DNA from: Oligoflexus sp.
GTDB lineage: Bacteria; Bdellovibrionota_B; Oligoflexia; Oligoflexales; Oligoflexaceae
Direction: 5' to 3'
Length of the DNA: 10,055 nucleotides
Assembly (NCBI GenBank): GCA_041736305.1
Contig: JBGSTX010000165.1
Location: forward strand, 1-10,055
How positions within the stretch are numbered: the stretch's first letter is position 1; each line of letters starts with the position of its first letter. This document shows positions 1 through 6,762 of the stretch, one piece after another. Below the pieces are notes generated by a model. The model saw nothing but the letters and a program-made list of their open reading frames with translations, did no database searches and was not told the DNA's origin. Both the position numbers and the translations under genes were made by a program.

Positions 1-2
1 TT

Positions 3-1118
3 AGTCTGAAGGATCAGGCGCGGTCGGTCGTCGGGCTGTCGGCTCTCTACCGCAAATGGGTCAATATTCTCTATCTGATTGTCGAAATGGAAAACGCGCT
101 CTACTTCGATCAGTCTTTGCAGCGAAGTGTTACGACTGAGGGTGAATCGCCGCTCGACAGAACACCCTATAAGATACAGCGCTGCATTGAAACCCACCGA
201 CGCTTTATTCAATCGTATGCCAACGAGCTCGGTGGACGTCCATTTATAGATCTGTGGGAACTGACCAGCGGCATGCAGAGTTCTCTGCCAAGTATCGGCT
301 CGAGTGCCGAGACACGCGGGGAGACGCTGTGGATGCGCGACGTCATGGCTGCTATCCATGAAGGCAGCGATGCCCGATTTCCAGCGGCCGTTGCTGATGC
401 TATGCAAGAGCGCCTCGGCCAGCTCAAAGCGGGAAATAATACTGTGACTCTCGAGCTAGAACTAGCCTGTACCAAGCTGGAAGAACTCGACTGCAAGCTG
501 CTGACGACGATCAAGCGCCGCCTGCGCAGCGGAACTGAACTTTTTGAGCGCTATCAAGATAAGACGCTCGACGAGGGTGCTGAAGCTCTTATTTCGGAGC
601 TTCGGCAGATTCCAACCGCTTTTGAGACCTATTACAGGCAGGCCCGGCATTTCTTTAACGAAATGGGATGGCAAAGTCCACCTGAGGTTAAAAGTCTGCT
701 CATCAGCAGCTGGCAGACCGAAGAAACCCACGTTCTGCACACGGATCAGTTCTGGACTCTGGAGGAACAGGCTAAAGAAAAGGTGGTGATTCTGCGCAGA
801 ACTCCGACTCCCGTCGACTCGATAGAAGCTCTGGTTGCCAGCAATGAAACGATTATCTCAATGATGCTGCTCAAACACCGACAGTTCGGGATTATCGTCG
901 ATATGCGCCAGGCGCCGCAGAGAAATGACGTCGACTTCGAAAACGCGATGCTGAAGCTCAGGGTGGCTGTAGCTACCAACTTTATGCGCGTAGCGGTGCT
1001 ACTTGAAAGTGCGACGGGCGTCCTGCAGGTGAATCGCATCGGCCGCAATGATGGGGCTGAAACTTTCGCGACGCTCAATGAATTTGCGGCTCTGCGTTTT
1101 GCAAAAGGTGCTGCCTAA
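3..1118 (+). CDS. Hypothetical protein, probably 5'-partial, with a helical N-terminal region and a C-terminal STAS/SEC14 (SpoIIAA-like) domain
   Basis: The frame of ORF 87..1118 stays open to the window edge (from nt 3: SLKDQARSVVGLSALYRKWVNILYLIVE-M) and there is no Shine-Dalgarno (SD) before ATG 87, so the true start is probably outside the window. The last ~130 aa (IIVDMRQAPQRNDVDFENAM...RVAVLLESATGVLQVNRIGR...FATLNEFAALRF) resemble SpoIIAA-like domains. Confidence 0.7.
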   Translation, partial: SLKDQARSVVGLSALYRKWVNILYLIVEMENALYFDQSLQRSVTTEGESPLDRTPYKIQRCIETHRRFIQSYANELGGRPFIDLWELTSGMQSSLPSIGSSAETRGETLWMRDVMAAIHEGSDARFPAAVADAMQERLGQLKAGNNTVTLELELACTKLEELDCKLLTTIKRRLRSGTELFERYQDKTLDEGAEALISELRQIPTAFETYYRQARHFFNEMGWQSPPEVKSLLISSWQTEETHVLHTDQFWTLEEQAKEKVVILRRTPTPVDSIEALVASNETIISMMLLKHRQFGIIVDMRQAPQRNDVDFENAMLKLRVAVATNFMRVAVLLESATGVLQVNRIGRNDGAETFATLNEFAALRFAKGAA

Positions 1119-1567
1119 CGCGTCTTCTCTTGAGCGTCGAAGGCTTTGTTGAAACGTTCTAAAGTGGCAAAGAGCTGAGAAGCGGCACTGGCGCTTAGCT
1201 GGGACACTTCTTGGATCTCAGGGGGCACCGACTGAGCTTTGGACTCTAGCTTTCGACCGCGGGCTGTGAGCTGGACGCGGACAGCCCGCTCGTCCTCGAT
1301 GTCCCGCTCCTTCTGGATTAGCCCCTTCGCTAGCAGGCGCTTGATCAAGGGAGATAAAGTTCCTGAGTCAAGATGGAGGGCAGCTCCTATTTCTCCGACC
1401 GTCAAAGCATCTGTCTCCCAGAGCACAAGTAGCACCAAATATTGCGGATAAGTCAAATCTAGAGGCTTCAGAAAAGGCTGATACGCTTTGATCATAAAGC
1501 GCGACGCTGTATAGAGTTGAAAGCATAACTGCTGATCGAGGCGGAGGGGATTTTGCTGCGGTTTCAT
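1115..1567 (-). CDS. ohrR: MarR-family organic hydroperoxide-sensing repressor OhrR (150 aa)
   Basis: LRLDQQLCFQLY carries the sensing Cys, followed by LTYPQYLVLLVLWE, LDSGTLSPLIKRL (winged HTH) and EDER. The gene is divergent from ohr. Start moved to ATG 1567 because AAGGAGG lies just upstream. Confidence 0.93.
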   Translation of the reverse strand: MKPQQNPLRLDQQLCFQLYTASRFMIKAYQPFLKPLDLTYPQYLVLLVLWETDALTVGEIGAALHLDSGTLSPLIKRLLAKGLIQKERDIEDERAVRVQLTARGRKLESKAQSVPPEIQEVSQLSASAASQLFATLERFNKAFDAQEKTR

Positions 1568-1592
1568 GGATTTCCTCCTTCTCTCTAAAATA

Positions 1593-1625
1593 TATATTGC
1601 GCACAATATAGTTGTAAACTACTAT
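1593..1625. promoter_or_regulatory. Putative OhrR operator: two adjacent AT-rich inverted repeats
   Basis: TATATTG-cgca-CAATATA (1593-1610) and ATAGT-tgtaaact-ACTAT (1608-1625) lie between the divergent ohrR and ohr starts. OhrR proteins are known to bind AT-rich inverted repeats with ATTG/CAAT half-sites. Confidence 0.7.
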
Positions 1626-1678
1626 CTGACTCGGAAGCTAGCAACTCGTTCCAGTATCGATCAAAAGGAGAATTTCTG

Positions 1679-2095
1679 ATGAAACATCTATACGAAGCAG
1701 TGGTAACTTCCCAGGGCGGCCGCAATGGCCAAATTCGCAGCAGCGATGGCATTCTCGACTTGAAAGTGTCGATGCCAAAGGAAATGGGTGGAGCAGGCGG
1801 CTCTACCAACCCCGAGCAGCTCTTCGCCGCAGGCTACGCCGCTTGTTTTGAGAACGCTCTTCTCTTTATTGCTCGCGGCAAGAAGCTGCCGATCAAAGAT
1901 ACCAAAGTCGTGGCCACAGTCGGACTGATTCCGAAAGATGGCGGGGGATTTCTCCTTACAGCTAAGCTGCAGATCAGTCTGCCAGGGCTGGAGCGTGAAA
2001 CCGCCCATGCCTTGATCGAGGAAGGCCATAAAGTGTGTCCCTACTCCAATGCTACCCGAGGCAATATCGATGTGAAACTCGAGCTGGTCGAGTGA
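1679..2095 (+). CDS. ohr: Organic hydroperoxide resistance protein Ohr (OsmC/Ohr family peroxidase, 138 aa)
   Basis: GGRNG (catalytic Arg), TNPEQLFAAGYAACF and HKVCPYSNATRGNIDV with both catalytic Cys. SD AAGGAG upstream. Confidence 0.97.
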   Translation: MKHLYEAVVTSQGGRNGQIRSSDGILDLKVSMPKEMGGAGGSTNPEQLFAAGYAACFENALLFIARGKKLPIKDTKVVATVGLIPKDGGGFLLTAKLQISLPGLERETAHALIEEGHKVCPYSNATRGNIDVKLELVE

Positions 2096-2104
2096 GAGAG
2101 CGAA

Positions 2105-2130
2105 GCAGCCACCTTAGAAAGGGCGGCTGC
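2105..2130. terminator. GC-rich hairpin, probable (possibly bidirectional) intrinsic terminator between convergent ohr and phytase
   Basis: GCAGCC-accttagaaagggc-GGCTGC in the 45-nt gap between the two stop codons. It is followed by aacttcttta on the + strand, a weak U-tract. Confidence 0.6.
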
Positions 2131-2140
2131 AACTTCTTTA

Positions 2141-3352
2141 TCACAGCGCGAAAGCCTCGAAGATTTTACTGAGCGAAACGATTTTGAAATTCGCATTAAG
2201 CCGCTGCCCACTGGCATCGGTATTCTGATCGTCGTGAACGACCAAGATTCCTTCGGAGAATTCCCGGCCTAGTGATGCCGTCGACAAGGCCAGCCCATCG
2301 GTTTTTGAAACCGGGTCCTTGGCACCGAAGCCGAGCTTAAAGTTGCCAATCCACTTTTTCTTCTGCAGATCAAAAAGCGAATACTCGTCGATCCCCTGGT
2401 TGGAAAAAACCAGATAGGTACTCTGCCCCTTCTGGAGAATATCCATCCCTTCGATATCATCGGTAAACCGAGCTTGAGACCCCAGAGCAGATGCTGGGCT
2501 TATGTCTATCCACGAAGATCCGATTTGGAGTAGGAGCTCCACAGTCTCTTGCTTCGTATCGATCGTCCAAATCCCTAAATTTTCCATCCCTACGTAGAGG
2601 AGCTGGCTCCTAGGGTCGAAGACGCAACCTTCCAAAGCAAAGCGTTCTTCCAGGTCTTCTTGAAGGTCATCGAGCTCGCCTTCTGCTTCAGCTTCTTTTT
2701 GTACGATGCTCTTGACGAACGAGTCTTGCTTTTTCGTCAAGCGCGCTCCCAGATCATAGCTTCCTACCCATACGGGTTTGTTTAACTGGGCCGGGTTTAC
2801 TCTATAATGGTAGATCACCCCGCTCTTGAGAGGCAGAAACACGTCGAGACCTGTCGATGGATTATTAGACCCCAGGCAGAGACCGTAGGGTTCCAGCCCA
2901 GCTCCCTTTTCATCGAAAAGAGCTGCCTCGGCTGCCTGACTTACCTGGCCCAGAGGATCGATACGATAGAGATTGAGGGAGTTCGTACTGCGGTTGGAGG
3001 CGACGGCTATATCGGCAAGGCCATCTTCAAATTTGAAACCGTAGCTTACGTCCACGTTATTGAGCTTGGAGCGCCCGAGGAACTGTCGTTCTTTGCCCTT
3101 GAGATCATAGACGCCGAGCCCTCCGCCTAAGGCCGGATCCTTATCATATTTGCTGGTCCCCAGAATCAAGCTGCGACTGGGATCCTGCTTGGAAACCCAA
3201 ATAGCACTGTCATCGCTGTCTTTCGTTCCATAAGGTATCGGGTCCGTTTCGCCCATCGCCTCGATCAAAGGTAGGTTCAGCTCTGCGGCATGGAGTACAG
3301 AGTAGCTGGGGAGCAAGGTCATGAATGAGAATCCCAGGAACAGCTTCCGCAT
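2141..3352 (-). CDS. phy: Secreted beta-propeller phytase (3-phytase, PhyC-like), 403 aa
   Basis: Motifs DSDDSAIW, SLILGTSK, GLGVYDLKGK, NNVDV, DIAVASNRS, PYGLCL, LEGCVFD, DDIEGM, SNQG and TDGL occur in the order known from Bacillus PhyC-type phytases. N-terminal signal peptide MRKLFLGF...VLHA. SD GAGGAG. Confidence 0.9.
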   Translation of the reverse strand: MRKLFLGFSFMTLLPSYSVLHAAELNLPLIEAMGETDPIPYGTKDSDDSAIWVSKQDPSRSLILGTSKYDKDPALGGGLGVYDLKGKERQFLGRSKLNNVDVSYGFKFEDGLADIAVASNRSTNSLNLYRIDPLGQVSQAAEAALFDEKGAGLEPYGLCLGSNNPSTGLDVFLPLKSGVIYHYRVNPAQLNKPVWVGSYDLGARLTKKQDSFVKSIVQKEAEAEGELDDLQEDLEERFALEGCVFDPRSQLLYVGMENLGIWTIDTKQETVELLLQIGSSWIDISPASALGSQARFTDDIEGMDILQKGQSTYLVFSNQGIDEYSLFDLQKKKWIGNFKLGFGAKDPVSKTDGLALSTASLGREFSEGILVVHDDQNTDASGQRLNANFKIVSLSKIFEAFAL

Positions 3353-3369
3353 CGATCTCTCCTCGTAGT

Positions 3370-3504
3370 CTATGGATGAATCTCGTCACTCTGGGGGCTG
3401 ACGTGAGAACGCAGGCGGGCTTCATTTGAGAGCTTATGAACATAGCGAATAGGATCCGGAAGATCCCAGGAATGTAAAGCAGGTGCAGGCAAGATCAAGT
3501 CCAT
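3370..3504 (-). CDS. Putative small protein (44 aa) MDLILPAPALHSWDLPDPIRYVHKLSNEARLRSHVSPQSDEIHP
   Basis: Translated by hand. A perfect AGGAGG (3515-3510) sits 5 nt before ATG 3504, with stop TAG at 3372-3370. The ORF fills the gap between the lipoprotein stop (3518) and the phytase SD. No family recognised. Confidence 0.5.
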   Translation of the reverse strand: MDLILPAPALHSWDLPDPIRYVHKLSNEARLRSHVSPQSDEIHP

Positions 3505-3517
3505 GGCAGCCTCCTAT

Positions 3518-3847
3518 TTATTGAGGGGTGCAAAGGGGAATGGGGTTAGCTTGCTGCGTTTCGTCAAGCAGGAGATCGATGACGCCTTCGACTCCTCGCC
3601 CACGGTCCCAACCCCAAGTTTCAAGCGTCTTCTCCTGCTCTGCGAGACAGTGGCGACGTTCAGCCTCGCTAGCGAACACGGGTCCGGGTGCTTGATCACT
3701 TCCGGCATTAGCGGGATTGTCGCCTAGGTCCAGCCGCTCGGCAGGGTTCGGTGCCGGAGTTTTCGCAGCTTTCTGGCGTGAACCGCAACTCGTTTGCCAG
3801 AGAGCTCCGAGCATTAAAAGTGGCCATATTTTGAATCCAAAGTACAT
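3518..3847 (-). CDS. Hypothetical lipoprotein (109 aa)
   Basis: SD AAGGAG. Leader MYFGFKIWPLLMLGALWQTS-C has a lipobox-like Cys21, followed by a Lys/Pro/Ala-rich linker and a small domain with two further Cys. Confidence 0.7.
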   Translation of the reverse strand: MYFGFKIWPLLMLGALWQTSCGSRQKAAKTPAPNPAERLDLGDNPANAGSDQAPGPVFASEAERRHCLAEQEKTLETWGWDRGRGVEGVIDLLLDETQQANPIPLCTPQ

Positions 3848-3880
3848 AAGTGTTGATCTCCTTTTTGCCCGTGTGAGCGC

Positions 3881-4963
3881 TTAGGGAACGGCTGCAGCAA
3901 ATTCAGACTCTGCTTGAATCCCTGGGAGCAAAACCAGCCCCTTAGAATCGCCTACCGCAATATCTACCAACTGTAGCTTTTGAGACTGCCGGCAGTTTTC
4001 CACAAGGAAGTCTGAGAAGATGGCACTAACATCGCTGACTCCGCACGAATTGGCTAAAGTCAAATAGTCTTCCTTGCTGAGTCCACTGACTTTCCGCGTC
4101 GCAACGACGAAATCCACAAAGCCGGAAAAAGGTTTGCTAAGCCAGTCAAGTTGCTTGGCCTCAGCGGTTTTCTGCAGATTGGTCGCCAGCTTGCTTTGCA
4201 TTCTCTCGAGACTCACGCGGACCCAAAGCCCTTCATTTGAGAAAAGCAGACCTTTAAAAATCTGTGTTAAGGCGATGAGGTCCTGATCAGAGATCGAATC
4301 GCTTGGATCACTCCCGCTCAGAAGTCGATTCATAAAGCGATCGATCAAAGCAATCGTATAGGAAGGCAAGGCTCCAGCAGCAGTGGCGCAGCGGTCCTTT
4401 GCATATTGGTTTTGCATTGTTTGAATGGCGGTGGAGGTTTCTTCGGACAGGCGTACTTCACCCAGCATGTTCATAGTGTCATCAAGATTATAAAGGACAC
4501 TCTTTACCAATTCGACTTCGCGCTCCGAAAGAACTGCCAAACACTTGCCGAAATCACGTGTCATATCGTCTTTGAGCAAGATGTTTTCGCTTCTCAGCTT
4601 GCTTCCACCAGGAATTTCTAAACCCCATCCCCCAGCTTCGGGACCATTTATTTTCTGAATCAGGCCGTCATCCCCGGCTGGAAAAACTGCCTCGAGCCTC
4701 TCGAGCAGATGGCCGTCCACGGCTGCGGGTAGCAATTGATCGCCGGCTTTCTCGTGGAGGACAAGTTTGAAGCTTGGCCAGCTATAAGGATTTTCTGGAT
4801 CGGTCGACGGATTTGTCGTAATGGGAGTCGGTAAAAAGAGCAGATGTCGCCAGGATGGATCTTCCTGTGCCAGGAGAGGTGTACTGGACAGACTGACAAG
4901 CGCCATGCAGCCCAAAGCAAAGCCGAAGCCATGGGTGAGTAAAATCAGCTTTTTGAACAACAT
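3881..4963 (-). CDS. Hypothetical secreted protein (~360 aa)
   Basis: Long ORF. Starting at ATG 4963 gives a typical Sec signal MLFKKLILLTHGFGFALGCMALVSLSSTPLLA-QE. Four Cys in the mature part. No family recognised. The start is uncertain because the SD is weak. Confidence 0.7.
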   Translation of the reverse strand: MLFKKLILLTHGFGFALGCMALVSLSSTPLLAQEDPSWRHLLFLPTPITTNPSTDPENPYSWPSFKLVLHEKAGDQLLPAAVDGHLLERLEAVFPAGDDGLIQKINGPEAGGWGLEIPGGSKLRSENILLKDDMTRDFGKCLAVLSEREVELVKSVLYNLDDTMNMLGEVRLSEETSTAIQTMQNQYAKDRCATAAGALPSYTIALIDRFMNRLLSGSDPSDSISDQDLIALTQIFKGLLFSNEGLWVRVSLERMQSKLATNLQKTAEAKQLDWLSKPFSGFVDFVVATRKVSGLSKEDYLTLANSCGVSDVSAIFSDFLVENCRQSQKLQLVDIAVGDSKGLVLLPGIQAESEFAAAVP

Positions 4964-5207
4964 TCCACGACCCTTTCGAGAGAACTTCACGCGAGTTGGC
5001 ATCAGAATCCTCAATCGTCGCGCTTTCGTCAACTCCCAGCTCAAGAAAGGACAGGGCGTTCTGGGTAAGCTCACAGTTTGACGATGGCAAAAAGTTTAGG
5101 ACTTTCTCGAAAGAGGAACCGATTTTGCAAGAACATTTAGGCCACGACTAAAGTTGTCCAGGCATAAATAAAAATTCTCTCCTTTTATACGTAGCGAGGT
5201 ATTAACC

Positions 5208-5657
5208 ATGGAACTCCGCGATATTATGACCAAGGATATTGAAATTGTTTCACCTGAAGCCACACTTCAGGAAGCCGCTGAAAAGATGCGCATTAGCGAT
5301 ACTGGATCCCTGCCTGTTTGTACTGGATCCCAAGTCGTAGGTATGATCACCGATAGAGACATTGTCATACGTTCCGTAGCCAAAGGTCAGAATCCCACGC
5401 AGATCCGTGTTCAAGATGCCATGTCGCCTGATATAATTTTTGCTTACGAAGATCAGGATATCGAAGAGGCTGCCATGATGATGGAAACCAAGCAGGTCCG
5501 GCGGCTGATTGTCATCACTCGCAATAAAGATCTGGTGGGCATTGTGTCTCTGGCTGATGTGACCCGAGAAACGGGCGATGAAACTTTAGCTGGCGAAGTC
5601 CTGCAGGGGGTAGTTGAACCCAACAAAGGTCAGACGAACAGCAGCGCTCAGCTATAG
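5208..5657 (+). CDS. Stand-alone CBS-pair (Bateman) domain protein, HRP1/YhcV-like (149 aa)
   Basis: RDIMT...TLQEAAEKM...GSLPV...VGMITDRDIVIR and VQDAMS...M...QVRRLIV...LVGIVSLAD form two CBS repeats. SD GAGGT. Confidence 0.92.
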   Translation: MELRDIMTKDIEIVSPEATLQEAAEKMRISDTGSLPVCTGSQVVGMITDRDIVIRSVAKGQNPTQIRVQDAMSPDIIFAYEDQDIEEAAMMMETKQVRRLIVITRNKDLVGIVSLADVTRETGDETLAGEVLQGVVEPNKGQTNSSAQL

Positions 5658-5659
5658 TC

Positions 5660-6544
5660 TCAGAGTTTGCGACTGCGCAGAGGGATGCGATAGGCCAGTG
5701 AATGGTGAAGCTTGGCGAGAGCGGCCTTATCCCATTCTTTGGCAACTTCAGCCGCGTGATCAGGTAGAGCTAGGCCTCCGCTTTCTCGTTTGGGAGGGGG
5801 GGTCTTGAGCACGGTAAGATTAGACTGGTCCCAGGAAAAGCTGGCTTCCAGTTCTGACTGCTCTCGAGGACTAGGATCCGTTATGATCTCAATGCGCAGT
5901 CTTTGTTCGACCAAGAGGGGAATCAGCCGACGAAGTACCTCCTGAGTATTAAGATTTTGAAGCGCTTCGTAGATTACCGCCCGCAGAATTGCATCTCCAT
6001 TCAGATATTCGATTTCGAGTCCTCCTGCTATTTGCCGATCGGCTTTGATGAGGGCGTAAGCTTTCAGACGGTGACCCTGCCTGCGTAAGCGCAGTGGCAC
6101 ATCGAAGAGCGCGGCTAACGTCCCGCCGTCGCGCAGAAGGTTTTGTTTATCTATTCCGCTCAGGCCTTTAGAGAAATGATGCTGCGCTGAACTCCCCTCG
6201 CTCGTATTTTTTAGCGAACCAGACGTCTTGGCCACCACTAGCTCGCCACTCTGAGGCAGCAAGTGGGTGTAGCTTTTTTGGCTATTTCTGCTAGCAACGC
6301 TGGATTTTTCGTTTGAATCAGGCTTCTTTTTATTAGCCGTAGGCTTGCTCGATCCACCAGGATTGCTAGACGCAGGAAGTTTTGCCAGGGGACGATTGTG
6401 CAGTGCTATTTGAATAGGAACTAGCTGCTGGAACTTGGGCTTTTGAAGAGGCTCGGTCCTAGAGAAAAGAATTGCAAAGAGACAGAGGTGAAGCAGGAGG
6501 CCGCTGCTGAGCTGCAGACTCAATTGTTGCCAGCGGCGAATCAT
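5660..6544 (-). CDS. Hypothetical membrane-anchored protein with a TonB/TolA-like layout (~294 aa)
   Basis: Start chosen at ATG 6544 (GAGGG upstream). One N-terminal TM helix containing His (SSGLLLHLCLFAILF), then a Ser/Lys/Pro-rich low-complexity linker and a globular C-terminus. The function call is weak. Confidence 0.6.
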   Translation of the reverse strand: MIRRWQQLSLQLSSGLLLHLCLFAILFSRTEPLQKPKFQQLVPIQIALHNRPLAKLPASSNPGGSSKPTANKKKPDSNEKSSVASRNSQKSYTHLLPQSGELVVAKTSGSLKNTSEGSSAQHHFSKGLSGIDKQNLLRDGGTLAALFDVPLRLRRQGHRLKAYALIKADRQIAGGLEIEYLNGDAILRAVIYEALQNLNTQEVLRRLIPLLVEQRLRIEIITDPSPREQSELEASFSWDQSNLTVLKTPPPKRESGGLALPDHAAEVAKEWDKAALAKLHHSLAYRIPLRSRKL

Positions 6545-6652
6545 TAATCCCTCGTGCAAGTAATTACTGTATGAGCTCAAAGAAGGCCAAACCTAGCAAA
6601 ACGAATGATCCAAGTCAAGCTGACTTGCTTCTCCCCAAACGCTCGACAAACC

Positions 6653-6682
6653 TTGCTTAATTTTTGTGTAAGTTACTATTAT
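6653..6682 (+). promoter_or_regulatory. Possible sigma70 promoter for the MATE gene
   Basis: TTGCTT (6653-6658), an 18-nt spacer, then TATTAT (6677-6682), in the AT-rich divergent intergenic region. Confidence 0.35.
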
Positions 6683-6762
6683 ACATGATACATTTAGGAA
6701 TACTCAGAGAGTTTGTCAGTTTTTATGAATCTCTACCCTTATGGCAAAAGAGGTTTCCTCCA

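Noticed and set aside
1568..1606. Longer ohrR start (MCAIY...)
   Set aside because: It overlaps the operator palindrome, and a strong SD supports ATG 1567.
3353..3517. Pho box upstream of the phytase
   Set aside because: No convincing CTGTCAT-like direct repeats at 11-bp spacing.
4964..5074. 37-aa N-terminal extension of the 397-aa ORF
   Set aside because: It would bury the signal peptide that starts at ATG 4963.
5123..5144. Possible sigma54 promoter TGGC...TTGC on the minus strand
   Set aside because: The spacer is 10 nt rather than the required 7.
5300..5331. 11-bp direct repeat TACTGGATCCC, 21 nt apart
   Set aside because: Both copies encode TGS in frame inside the CBS gene. There are only two copies, so it is not a CRISPR or insertion signature.
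6690..6760. Purine or preQ1 riboswitch ahead of MATE (TCTACC and AGAGGTT fragments)
   Set aside because: Only isolated short matches. The other conserved elements and stems are absent.
6664..6762. N-terminal extension of the MATE ORF given in the ORF track
   Set aside because: It covers an AT-rich promoter-like region and has no SD. TTG 6763 has an SD and gives a typical MATE length.
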